Source: Octopus vulgaris
Lineage: Eukaryota
Length of the DNA: 64,000 nucleotides
Reading direction: 5' to 3'
Assembly: GCA_951406725.2 (NCBI GenBank)
Contig: OX597817.1
Coordinates: forward strand, 12,400,001 to 12,464,000
Both the position numbers and the translations under genes were made by a program. Below the pieces are notes generated by a model. That model was given only the letters and a program-made list of their open reading frames with translations, ran no database searches and was not told the DNA's origin. How positions within the stretch are numbered: position 1 is the first letter of the stretch; each line of letters opens with the position of its first letter. This document shows, piece by piece, positions 1-63,197 of the stretch.

Positions 1-445
1 ACAGATGTTGCACGGACGGCGGCCGAACTAAGAAAGGTTAGGCTTGGCCGAACGTCGGTCACGTGGGGAGTGAAGAGAGAGAGAGGTAGAGGCAGAGGGA
101 CAGAAGAAACAAGGGGGATGAGAAAAAATAACAGGGATACAGTGAAGTGAAAAGAGGAGGGAAAGTGAGCATGAAGAGAAGGCAAGGAAATGAGAGAGAG
201 GGAACGAAATAACGAAGAGTGGAATGAACGAAGTAAGTGTGAAGGGGCTGAAGGAAAGAAGGAAAGAATAAAAGAATAGAATCGTACAAAATTTAGATAA
301 ATATATATTTACATATAAGAGACCATAAGTGCATGTACGTCCCTATTGCAGAAGATATTCAGATCTTCGAAGCTAAGAATTGCTATTTCTATATTTCGTA
401 AAGTTCTCTGTCGAATAGCAATATCTGTGTTTGTTCTTTTGGCAG

Positions 446-51059
<50,614 letters not shown>

Positions 51060-51113
51060 ATATTTCACAAATCTAAATATACGAATTATAACTAAAAAAT
51101 GTACGACATGAAA

Positions 51114-51119
51114 AATAAA
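51114..51119 (+). terminator. Polyadenylation signal of the WDR64-like gene
   Basis: AATAAA after the stop, followed by a T/GT-rich tract at about 51140-51180. Confidence 0.55.
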
Positions 51120-53337
51120 AGATTAACACATTTTTACAGCCTGTTTCCTTTCATTACTTTTTCTTCGCGTTTGTCTTTGAAAACACCTTGCACTATCTCC
51201 TTTTAATTTTTCTCTGTTTTCGTTCCTCACTTAACGATGTGAATTAAGAACAGTTTTCGAACGCCAAAAACGAAAAGGTGAAAGCGCGTGTCCTAGTAGT
51301 TAGGGTTTTGCACTCACAATCGCAAAATCGTGATTTTTATTACCGGATCGATTAATGCTGTATTTCCTTGAGCAAAACGCTTCATTTTACGTTGATCCAG
51401 TTCACTCAGCTGTAAGTTAATAATCCTGCTTCGGACCCCTCTTGCCGTTCAGGGGGAAATGTTGTGATCCTGGTCATTTATACACCATAGAAGCTGAGTA
51501 ACTTATGCGCCATGGAAACAAAGGACTCGAGATTGTAATGTCTAGGGATGATGATGATGATGATGATAAAAGATGAAAAGTGGATCCTTAAACCTGGGAA
51601 TTTTCCAGGCTGCAAAACAAGCTTCTTAACCATACAGCCACGCTTTATTTAGAAAGTAGTCTTATCACCTTAATAAAGTTTACATGAAATCACTCACCTG
51701 TTCATCGTATGCTATCTCAATGTGTTTCTTAGTCAAAATCCACGCTAACTTAACTTATGAACAGATTCCATTTCTGCATAGATTTTCCGAGAAGGTATTG
51801 ACCTGAAGAAGTTCTCACTGAAAACCAATACAGAGACATACATTGATAATTGCCAGGGAAGGAAGGGCCGCAAAGGCTATCAGTACTATTTCTCCTTCTT
51901 CGGGTGGGAAACATTTTCAAAGTATGAATTTATAAATTTTGTGAATGCTAATTGCTATACAGCATATTCAAAACTGTTGCATAAAGAGAAAATGTAACAT
52001 GTCAGATATTTATCATTTTAAATATGTATAAAATGGCGGTGCCCCAGCATGGCCACAGCTTGTGAGCTGAAACTAAATAAAATAAAATAAAAATATATAA
52101 GGCGTGGCTGTATGGTAAGAGGCTAGCTTCTCAACCACATGGTTCTGGGTTCATTCTCACTGTGTGCGATTGTCTTCTACTGTTACCCAGGGCCGACCAA
52201 AACCTTGGGAGAGTGGATTTTATAGACGGAAACCGAAAGAAGCCTGTCGTGTGTATGTGTGTGTGATTATATATGGGATTGTGCCCGTAACTTAGCGGTC
52301 CGACAAAAAAGACAGAATAACCAACTGGCTCTAAAATAAGTACGGGGGGGGGGGTCGATTCTTTCGACTAAAAGTCCTTGAAGACAGTGCCCCAGCATGG
52401 CCGCTGTCCAATGACTGAAACAAATAAAAGATGTAGGAAACTTGCCATGGCAGCGGTGATGGCGACAACAGCAACGACGATAATGATGATGACGACGACG
52501 TCGGCAATGACGGACAGCTGTATCCGGAACGAGGAAGCATCTTAAACCGTAAATCATTAACGATTTTTCCATGGACAGATTTGAAATCCTTATTAAACAA
52601 TTCATTCGACTCCAGTATGTCTGTGATAAGACAATTGCAGTTATTAACTGAGGTAGGATAATATGGAAAACAAAAGAAGAAAAAAACTCAACTAGGAGTG
52701 GCTGTGTGGTAAGTAGCTTGCTAACCAACCACATGGTTCCGGGTTCAGTCCCACTGCATGGTACCTTGGGTAAGTGTCTTCTGCTATAGCCCCGGGCCGA
52801 CCAATGCCTTGTGAGTGGATTTGGTAGACGGAAACTGAAAGAAGCCTGTCGTATATATGTATATATATATATATATAAGTGTGTGTGTATATGTTTGTGT
52901 GTCTGTGTTTGTCCCCCTAGCATTGCTTGACAACCGATGCTTGTGTGTTTACGTCCCCGTCACTTAGCGGTTCGGCAAAAGAGACCGATAGAATAAGTAC
53001 TGGGCTTACAAAGAATAAGTCCCGGGGTCGAGTAACTCGACTAAAGGTGGTGCTCCAGCATGGCCGCAGTCAAATGACTGAAACAAGTAAAAGAGTAAAG
53101 AGTATAGTGGGTGGCTTCTTTTAGTTTCCGTCTACTGACAGAATCCGCTCACAAGTCTTTGGTTAGTCTTAGGCTGTGGTAGAAGGCACTTGCCTGATTT
53201 TCCACACAGTGGGACTGGACCTGAAACCATGCGGTGAGGAAGCAGACTTCTTACCACACAGCCACGCCTGCAACTGGGGAGAAACTCCGAAAGACGACAC
53301 TAATTAAGAAATTGAGAGTTATCTCCCGTTTTTAATA

Positions 53338-53529
53338 ATGGCGCCGCCCATGCAGAAAGCTTCTAATAATATTTGGGACCAAGTTTTGTCTCTTTTATTC
53401 GAACAGTCACCACTTAAAAATAACGAGGAGAATTTAAAAAGGAATACGGTGATATATCGTAGAAGCAAACGACTTCGAAATGGCGATGCGATCATCCCAC
53501 GTGGCCGACTATCTGATGTATCTTCGGAG
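53338..53529 (+). CDS. DALRD3: DALRD3-like exon 1 (MAPPMQKASNNIW...IYRRSKRLRNGDAIIPRGRLSDVSSE)
   Basis: ATGGCG start; gag|gtaatg donor in phase 0, matching the next exon. Confidence 0.78.
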
Positions 53530-56111
53530 GTAATGAAGTTTGATGTTAATACACAATTACAATGTTTACAGTTTCTTTCTCCTTGATTTGCCTTATTAAA
53601 TGCCAACGCTTAATGTTTCCAACTATGGTAATAGGCTGCGTGTAAGTTAAACGGATCTACTTGGTAAACACCCACAAAGTTATCAACCACCTCACCAACA
53701 ACAACACTGAACACCTTTTTGATCTCCATGTGTCTAACACACGTGGACATGCCTACAAAGTCAGAAAACAAACACAGCTCCCATGACTTTCGGAAACATT
53801 TTTTCACGCTCAGAGTTGCTGAAGCATGGAATAAACTGGCTGCGTCAGTTGTTGACTGCCATGACACTGCATCCTTTAAGGCCCTCATGCTTTCCGAAAT
53901 CCGCCGAAACTACACCTGATTATACATACACTTTAGATGAGTTGTAGTGCACCTGAGCACTGTACACAATTATTATTATTATTATTATTACTTGACTTTA
54001 TTGTTAATTATTACAGTAGCTTCCCATGTTTATATGTTTTTGTAATTTTGTCCCTGGACTTACCGGATCCTGGTTCAATCTCACCACATGGTATCTCGCG
54101 TAACTCATTTTCTTTGGTTTCTGGACGAAGCCAAAGAAAATAACAATTTCTCGAGATATCTTGTGACTAAAATTAAGTCGACAAAACTATGTATAGCAGC
54201 CGTTCAAATGGATTGTACCTGCAATTCAAAGGTACAAACTTTTCACGCTGATTCTCTAAAGAAATTCGTTAATGGGAACGTGTTTGTGCAATGCACATCT
54301 AATTCATTTGTAATACACTTGGTCGAACTACGGAGATCCGTGTATAAGGGAAGACCTATATAACTAAAATAGAAGTTTTCTATGGCTTGGATTACTGGTC
54401 CCTCTTGATTCTTCAGATAATTCGATAGTAATAATTATATATCTATTCTCTCATACTCCTGTGTCTTAGACAACTAAAAGTAATACCGTTCACTTAATGA
54501 TCATTTCTCCATGAAATTCTCTATCATTAAACTAGACCATCATTCTGCGACCACACTGATCCATTCCACCGCAGATGTCGAGGAACGCAAAATTTCTTCT
54601 AATTTTTCATGTCTGTTAATTAAGATGGGAGGAGCCAAAAGTTTATTTATCTCTGTTTACTGAAACCAGGTTAAACTAAAGCATTAAACCCGGTGAAAAA
54701 ACAAAACATTGTGTAATAGGTGTAAAACAACTTCCTCTAAACGAATCTGAAAAAAAAATGCGCGCACGCGAAAGGGGAGTGGGGGACAGGCCTCGGAAAA
54801 TTCACATCGGGAATTTCCGAAAGCGTCTGAGGGGCTGACCCGGGCCCCAAAACAAACAAAAAATAGCGTAATATGTGTAAAACAACTTGCTCTAGTTTAA
54901 CTGACAGACATACCTTAAGTATCAATAAAGTAATAAGAAAGAATTGGAGTCATTGATCCACTTAACACTGTTAAGCACCAAGTTTTTTCTTTCATTCTTT
55001 CTTTAGTTCCCCTTTGCATTAATGTAGTGAGTGGAGGTGGTTTGTTCCGGGCAATGCTTTTATGGGGCCGGCGCTTTGGAGTCTGCTATATAAGTCTGTA
55101 TAGACACGATGGCCTATGGTGGTGCGCACTTCCAAGAGCTGTCCTGTGCAGCACACACCCTAGCTACCCCACTTTGACAAGAGCAATTTATACATTTTAT
55201 TGACATCTCTTAACCCGTCTATGACTTGGCAATATTCTGTGGGATAATACGATGATGATGATGATGATGATGATGATGATAAGGACCTGTAGCGTAGCTC
55301 GTCGTTTCTCAACAGACCCCAAATTTTACAACTTCCACAATTATGGTCGGTGCGTTGAGGTAACCCGTTTGTTTACATGCCAACACCATGGAAACAAAGC
55401 ACGTGATTGCTTGATTGCATGCAAGCAATGCAATATATACAAAATAAAAAGCATTTAAAATGTTTGGGGCTAATGCAGTTTCGCACCTCTCCTTGAAAAT
55501 GCATTTTTGAAAAAAGAATTTTCGGGTTCCTACGTTTTAGGAAGATTATAAACATGCAAAAAAATTTTTTTTTAATTTCAGCCCCCACCTCTTCCGCACG
55601 CCACCCCTAATTTAAAATTTTGCTTACTTTAAAGAGGTTTTTTTTGTTTTAATCATTGGCATTTCTTCGATATAACTCGACAAAATCAAAACATTTGACC
55701 GGGTATTTCCTTGGAAGCAAATGACGGTTCAATTCTGTTTTCTGCTTGGAAATTTGCGGATTTTATACACACACATAAAGCAGATAAGAACAAATAGGCA
55801 AGGCTTTTTTTTTCTTCAAGTTTAAAATGAGACATTGCTGTTATAATTTCATTACATCTATGTTCCACAACCCACGGAAATACCCAAAGTGAAATGTTTT
55901 GATTTTATAATAATAATAATGAAATTATTGTATACAGTAGGCGCAGGAGTAGCTGTGTGGTAAGTAGCTTGCTAACCAACCACATGGTACCGGGTTCAGT
56001 CCCACTGCGTGGCATCTTGGGCAAGTGTCTTCTGCTATAGCCCCGGGCCGACCAATGCCTTGTGAGTGGATTTGGTAGACGGAAACTGAAAAGAAGCCTG
56101 TCGTATATATG

Positions 56112-56142
<31 letters not shown>

Positions 56143-59100
56143 GTATATATATGTATGTGTGTGTTTGTGTTTGTCCCCCTAGCATTGCTTGATAACCAAT
56201 GCTGGTGTGTTTACGTCCCCGTCACTTAGCGGTTCGGCAAAAGAGACCGATAGAATAAGTACTGGGCTTACAAAGAATAAGTCCCGGGGTCGAGTTGCTT
56301 GACTAAAGGCGGTGCTCCAGCATGGCCGCAGTCAAATGACTGAAACAAGTAAAAGAGTAAAGAGAGTACTCAGGTGCACCACAACTTGTCAAAAGTGCGT
56401 ATAAAGCATATGCAGTACAAATGTCTGGGAAGTGAACAGTGTATGAGTCAGATACATGCTTGTGTGTGTATGGAGGGGAGAAAATCAGGTGTAGTGTTGG
56501 CGAATCTCAGGAAGCATGGAAGTTTTGAAGGATGCAGTGCTCCGACAACTAACAACTGATGCCGGCATGCTTCAGCAACTCTTAGCATGAAAGTCATGGG
56601 AGCTGTGCTGTTTTCCATGCTTCAGCAACTCTTAGCATGAAAAAATGTTTCCGAAAGTTATGGGAGCTGTGCTGTTTTCTGACTTTGTAAATATGTCCAC
56701 GGGTGTTAGACAGGTAGAGTTATATCGAAGGAATGCCAAAGCATTTTTCAAGGAGAGGTGCAAAACATTTTATTGCTTTGAGGTCGCTTTTTGTAAACGG
56801 TCCGAATTTATGATTTGTCGCATCACTACTCGTCTATTATTTGAAACTATATTTTTTGGGTGATTTCTTTTTCTTTTCTGATGATTTTGAGATCTAAATC
56901 CTGAGACTATTGTAGATTAGTAAATCTTTATATATAAAAGTGAAGTTGTGTGCTGTCTGTCTCCTCCGATTTAGATTCCTAATTACTCCCACATTTTGCG
57001 GTGCAGTTTAACCAAAACCGGGTATCTTATAGTCGTGATTCATATCGAGCCCTTCTGGGTATTAGCGTGCGTCTACGATGAGTCTACGATTTAAAAAAAA
57101 TTTACCATCAATTTTTCCCATTTTTTAATGCATTTTTGGCATATATAAGGGAAGTAACTCTCTAAAAATTTATTATTAAATCTCAGAACGTAAAAAGCTA
57201 CAGTAACCCCCCCCTTTGTGGTTAGCCATATTGAGATGGCTATTATACTTTACATCTCTAAAAATGCTTATATAGTTATTTCCCTTACAAACCCGAGCAA
57301 CGCCGGGCGATACTGCTAGTAATCAGTAAAAGATTAAGTGCTTTAATTTTTAATCTTTTATTTATTCCATGCAGTGGGCTATGTGAATATTGAAGCACTG
57401 CTTTGTTTTTCTTCTTTTTTTTTTTGTTAAACTTTTGGAAATAATTATCTCCCTTGTACATACAACCAAATTTACCAAAAGCTCTCTCAGAGTGAAAGTG
57501 TGTATTTTTTCACATAATTAAAAAAACAGAGATGGGTTATAATTTTTATTAATAATGATTTATGATAAAGATTTACTCAAATGCTTTTTTTTTTTATATA
57601 ATTTCATTCATTTCTTGGTTTGTGGTTTAGCAAAATTTGCAGTACTATCTGCTTTACCATTCTTTCTTTGAAGAATATCCAATTTTTTTAATCATCTAAG
57701 CAAATTACTGGTACATTATTTACAATTGATGGATATTTGTCCTCATCTTGTTTGTTGTTAACACAGCGTTTCAGCTGGCCCTCCAGCCTTCATCAGGTGT
57801 CTTGGGGAAATTTTGAACCTGGGTTCTCATTTCTAAGGTATTTTTTGATGTTGTTATTATTATCATTATTATTCAGGTCACTGTCTGGAATCGAACTTGG
57901 AATCTTGGGGTTAAGAGCATGGGCTACTAACTCCAAGATTCCGAGTTCGATTCCCGGCAATGACCTGAATAATAATAATAATAACATCGAAAAATACCTT
58001 AAGAATGAGAACCCAGGTTCAAAATTTCCCAAGACACCTGATGAAGGCTGGAGGGTATATCAGCCGAAATGTTGTAGTTACTCAATTTCACTCACAAGGC
58101 TTGGGATAAAGTAAAGCTGTTGTCCAGGTAGGACTGACCCCAGAAATACCTGTTTGTGAAGTAAACATGTTAACCACATGACCATGCATGTATTCATTTT
58201 CTTTCTACAAAAGTAAATAACTCAAGAATATGTTTTAGTCAGAAGAGCTAAACTATTTTTCATTTCTCTATATCTAATAAAATTTGAGAAAGTTAATTAA
58301 AATTCAAAGGAAATTTAAAATTAATATTTATGAAAATTTATTTCTTCTAGACTTGGCAGCACATATATTCTGAGATTGAGACAAGAAGTAAAACATGGTC
58401 AACACCTGTGACTTGTGGTCAACCAACAAAGGAAGCTGTGGCAGTTTTTCACCTTCAACGTCCTCATGCCTTTCAACATGTTTTAAAATTAGTTCAGACA
58501 CAGGGTAACCAGTATGGATTAATATCAGACAGACAGGGCGACAACATATTTCTCAACTGTAGTCATATCAACACACAGCAGAACAAATCTCTTGATCACC
58601 TTGAACACGTCCGAGAAATTATTTTATTAGATCACATCATGAAATTATTGACTGCCACTGGGTACGTAGAGTATTATGGTCCTTTCTGAAATTTTAGTTT
58701 ATTTTTGATTTTGTGTGTAAAAGAAAACTGAATCCGTATCTATTCTCTAAAGACAAGTATGATCCTAATCTAGTAGAATGCAAATCATGTGTTGTCTCAT
58801 TTTTCATGTTTAATATGACCTTTGATATCAGGTCCAGATATTTTAAGTTCTAAATATGCTATAAAATTAAGATGGTCAATGTCTTGAATACCTATTTCTT
58901 TACTACCCACAAGGGGCTAAACACAGAGGGGACAAACAAGGACAGAGAAACGGATTAAGTCGATAATATCGACCCCAGTGTGTAAATGGTACTTAATTTA
59001 TCGACCCCGAAAGGATGAAAGGCAAAGTCGACCTCGGCGGAATTTGAACTCAGAACGTAACGGCAGACGAAATACGGCTACGCATTTCACCCGGCGTGCT

Positions 59101-62100
59101 AACCTTTCTGCCAGCTCGCCGCCCTAAATGTCTTGAATACCAGCAGAGCAGCTTCCCTAGATATCTTACTTTCTTAGTCTCTGGTAAGCTGGGGACTTGG
59201 GAATGTTAAGCAAGATTAGTGTGATCATGCATAATATTCTTAATTAGTCAAGGTCAATTTTTTCTTCAAACTATATTAAATATGCCAAAATGAAAAAATA
59301 GTTTGGCCATTCTTGGTAAAATGTATTTTCTAGATGTTGAACGGATATGTGCATGGCCTTGTCATTAAAAATTTCAGTTCACACTCATGTGTTTGTATTT
59401 TTAATTACTAAGCAAATTGTTCTTAATTTGTAGATTAGAAAGTATATGTGAAGAGAATTCCAGAAGCATGTAGTTTTGAAAAGTTATACCTGGAGTGACT
59501 GTATTAGTAGTAAAAGAGAATAAATATTGTTAAAATAAGAGAAGAGAGAGGATAATGTGGTAACATCAACAGTGATGAATAGTATACAGATTGAGGGTTT
59601 GTTCACAAAACTGGTTAGTTTGGTGGATGTTTTGTTAGCTTACATCACTGATTTTTAAATGTTTAATGAAGAGGGATGGAGATGTCTTAGATACCTTTTT
59701 AACCTAAATTAAAGTCTTGTATTCTTTTAAGATTCAGCTGAAACCTGCACACTAGAAACCTTCAATATGAACAGTTTTACTGAATGTACGTAAAAAGCAC
59801 CATCCGTCTGTGGCCGTTTGCCAGCTCCGTCTGGCACCTGTGCGGGTGGCACGTAAAAAGCACCCACTACACTCATGGAGTGGTTGGTGTTAGGAAGGGC
59901 ATCCAGCCATAGAAACTCTGCCAGATCAGACTGGGCCTGATGCAGCCTTCTGACTTCACAGACTCCAGTTGAACCGTCCAACCCATGCTAGCATGGAAAG
60001 CGGACGCTAAACGATGATGATGATGATGTACATTGCATAATCTATCTTTTATAGTTTCTTGTCTTACACTCGTAAAGTTATGAACCAGAGTTAAAACAGT
60101 TTTCAAAATGTTTTTCTTTCATCTCCAGGTACTCTGTAGCAGGGATTATTTCAGACTCTAATCAATGGGATGCAGAGTTACTTCAGATGTTGAATGCGAC
60201 ACACATTTCTGAGAAAATTGTTGATGCTTCTTTGCCATGCGGGTCATCTGTAGTACAATCAACCTTGTGTCAGGCAGCCAAGAAGTCTAATTTCCGGCAT
60301 CACTTTCCCACAGACAGTGCAGTCACACCAAATAAAGATGATTCTGTACAAAACCATATAGTTTTAGACTTAAAAAATTACTTAGATTCTGAAGAAGGAA
60401 AATGTGAGAGAATTAAAGGATTTGATAAAAATCTTCATTTAGTGAAAGGTAATATTCTATTACAATTAGAAAAAAATCTTATTTTATTGTTGTGCAGTTT
60501 TCATAAATTGGATATTTGAGAGTAGATCATAGGACCTGTACAGAAGATGTGCCAAATCTAGTCTTGAACTGTATTGCATAGTCCACTATGTCCTGTATAT
60601 CAAATGTGAAACATAGGACAAGTAAAAAGTTAACGTAAGAAAAATACATAACTTTCATGACATTGTGTTACATGAAAATAAAAGAACTGATTTGTTGTTT
60701 ATTAATAATATTACCAAAGACTGAGTCGTTTGGGTTTGTTTGTTATGTGTTCCTGATGATACCATTTGTTGGTTCTTTCTATGCTCTTCTTTGAGAGAAA
60801 GTAGGCCTAATAGGGTAAGATTAAGGATTTTTGTTAATTTCAAATTATTATAAGATACACGAACCATTCGTGACCATTGCCAGCCTCGCCTGGCTCCCAT
60901 GCCGGTGACACGTAAAAAGCACCATCCGTTCGTGGCCGTTGCCAGCCTCGCCTGGCCCCCGTGCCGATGGCACATAAAAAGCACCATCCGTCCGTGGCCA
61001 TTTGCCAGCTCCGTCTGGCACCTGTGCGGGTGGCACGTAAAAAGCACCCACTACACTCATGGAGCGGTTGACGTTAGGAAGGGCATCCAGCCGTAGAAAC
61101 ACTGCCAGATCAGACTGGGCCTGATGCAGCCTTCTGGCTTCCCAGACCCCAGTTGAACCGTCCAACCCGTGCTAGCATGGAAAACGGATGCTAAATGATG
61201 ATGATGAATCATCTTGACAGACTGATTATACAAAGGATAGATCTATGGCACTATTCTAGACATTTATGAGGCAAGAGAGATTCTAGCCTCTGAGGTTATC
61301 CATCACAATGATATCAATTTCATGCATAGATATCTAAATATTATCTATTACATGTATGCTTAGGAATTATAATATTCTATATTTTTTACCTTGAGTCATT
61401 TATCTATTTTTTTCAGTCACTGAAGGTGATGACCCAACACTTCTAATGTTACGGGTGTCCCAACTTGAATCCTGTTCTAAAGTTCTACAACAAAAGGTCA
61501 GTAAGTAAACCTACCATGTTTGGAGATGTTGAGTTAAACACACACACACACACACACACATACATAACCAAACATTTCCTTCAGTAGTGCACTTGAGATA
61601 TACATTTTAAATGTATTTAAGTCATAGCAAAACATGAGAAATTTCCAATGCTAATGGATTTGATGTCGAAGTCCAACTGACCAGTCAATCTGGAGTTCAA
61701 ACCTCATAACTACTATTGTAATAAAACTTGTGTTCTTAAGGCACGTGTTTCAATTTGGTTAAAATTTTAATCTGACCTTGGCAAGTATATGTGATAACTC
61801 CAAACATTTTTTGGCTTCATTAGATTTATTAGTGAAGCATGACTTTTTTTTCTCTTCACTGTATAAGAATTATTTATTGATTAGACTTTACATCATAACT
61901 ACATTGAGTGTGATGGCACTAACTTGGCTGCAATTTTTGGTGCAGATGGCGTCCCTGGTTATTTATCCTTTAATGATTCTCTTATTACTAATGTGGCAAT
62001 TATAGAAAAAACTAAATTCCACTTAGAAACTCTAATAAGACTGAAACATGTTCGGAGTTGTCACCCTTCCTTGCCAAGATCAGAATAAAAAAGACATTTT

Positions 62101-63197
62101 TAGCAAATGTGTTTTTCTTGTCACTGTATATAATTATTACTAATTAATTAATGCCATGATACAGACATGATATATCACTGGCAGAAAATTGATTCCACTT
62201 CAACTTCACATTGAGTGATTAGTGGGACATTTTTTTTTATATATTAAAATTGCGTGATTTTAACCTTATTTTCATACTTTTTAAAACTTTATTGACAGAT
62301 TTTAACCTTATTATTATTAATAAATCCATAAACATTAGGGAGTTCACTATAGTTTTGATTACTTTATGATACACAAGTATTATCAAAACAGTTTTAACCC
62401 ATTCGTTACCAACCCGGCTGAAACCGGTTCTGGCTCTGTAGTACAAATGTCTTGTTTTCATAATTTTTTAAAGTTATTTAAAGTTATTTTACTAAATTCT
62501 TTGTTATGTCTAAAATAATTGAAAGAAACACACAGAGCATCTCAACAGAAATATAGTAACAAAAGGATTAAAACAATATTGTGGAAATTTATCATTGTAC
62601 AATATAGTATAATGCTTTATATTTGTAGGCAAAAAATTCTTGTCTTTTGCAACAAATTTTTGAGCATTGAAAACTGTTTTACAACAGCTAATGTCATTTA
62701 TGCTTTTCAGTATCTAATAAAAAAAATATATTATTTTTAGTGAAATTTAATTTTTTTAAAACTTTATTTTAACTTTATTGTATGTATGATTATAACTTTA
62801 TTAACTTTAAAAAGTGATTAATTACGATGACTAATTATAAAAAAAAATGCTTTTTATCTTTGGTTTTAAACTTGAAATGAATGTTTCTATGAATTTTAAC
62901 TTTTTGGCAAAAAAATTGCTTTAGTGATGAGCAATAAGGATAAAATACTTGTTTCAACAAAACCTTAGCCTAGCTATATAAGCATAGGAAAAGGGATATA
63001 AAAACAGTAAACAAAAGAAAGTTGAATCAGTAGATAGATGTAATGTAAAATTGTTCTGACGTGTCTCCTTTTCATCATAGGAGGACCAGCCTGTTAGGTG
63101 TTGTATTCATCTTGTGCCATCTTCTGCAATATATGTCCAACAACAAGTCCATCTCGTTTGGAAAATCCTGTCAGAGAACTGTAAACAATTACACCAG
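53338..63197 (+). CDS. DALRD3: DALR anticodon-binding domain-containing protein 3-like gene, 5' portion (5 exons; continues past the window)
   Basis: Phase-consistent exons. Peptide resembles recalled DALRD3 motifs: KRLRNGDAIIP (RHLRSRDFLAP), LQRPHAFQHVL (LQRSAVFERVL), VREIILLDHIMKLL..G (LRTVLVADHLARAL..G), GFDKNL (GYDPNL), IHLV...QQQVHLVWKIL (VHVV...QQQKLDLLWQKL). Confidence 0.85.
53665..53990 (+). mobile_element. CR1-type LINE 3' end with (ATT)n tail
   Basis: SHDFRKHFFTLRVAEAWNKL...FK; ends gcacctgagcactgtacacaattattatt. Confidence 0.85.
55908..56715 (-). mobile_element. CR1-type LINE 3' end (related to 53665), interrupted by the SINE at 55939-56368
   Basis: tattgtatacagt|SINE|actcaggtgcac; similar to the reverse complement of 53720-53970. 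Confidence 0.75.
56925..57319 (+). mobile_element. Non-autonomous Helitron (same family as 47527)
   Basis: A|TCTTTATATATAAAAG ... cccgagcaacgccggg ... CTAG|T. Confidence 0.88.
57761..57800 (-). ncRNA. Minimal hammerhead ribozyme motif (left arm)
   Basis: acac-CTGATGAA-GGCTG gagggc CAGCT-GAAA-cgct-gtgt. Confidence 0.55.
58034..58078 (+). ncRNA. Minimal hammerhead ribozyme motif (right arm)
   Basis: acac-CTGATGAA-GGCTG gagggtatat CAGCC-GAAA-tgtt-gtagt. Confidence 0.6.
58351..58661 (+). CDS. DALRD3: DALRD3-like exon 2 (TWQHIYSEIE...IILLDHIMKLLTATG)
   Basis: tag acceptor, gtacgt donor; overlaps ORF 58408..58689. Confidence 0.88.
60129..60448 (+). CDS. DALRD3: DALRD3-like exon 3 (YSVAGIISDS...IKGFDKNLHLVK)
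   Basis: cag acceptor, gtaata donor; overlaps ORF 60187..60519. Confidence 0.86.
61417..61496 (+). CDS. DALRD3: DALRD3-like exon 4 (VTEGDDPTLLMLRVSQLESCSKVLQQK)
   Basis: cag acceptor, gtcagt donor, phase 1-0. Confidence 0.82.
62398..62567. mobile_element. piggyBac-like MITE
   Basis: TTAA|cccattcgttac ... gtaacaaaagga|TTAA. Confidence 0.45.
63081..63197 (+). CDS. DALRD3: DALRD3-like exon 5 (EDQPVRCCIHLVPSSAIYVQQQVHLVWKILSENCKQLHQ)
   Basis: tag acceptor, gtaaat donor. Confidence 0.86.

Larger units (their letters stand above)
57731..58080. mobile_element. Palindromic element: tRNA-derived head, (AAT)n, and a hammerhead ribozyme motif in each arm
   Basis: Arms 57759-57913 and 57928-58078; B-box gagttcgattcc; CTGATGAA-ggctg..cagcc-GAAA. 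Confidence 0.8.

Noticed and set aside
53530-58350. miR-191/miR-425 homologues, which are hosted in vertebrate DALRD3 intron 1
   Set aside because: No matching mature sequences recognised; the hairpins here are explained by mobile elements.
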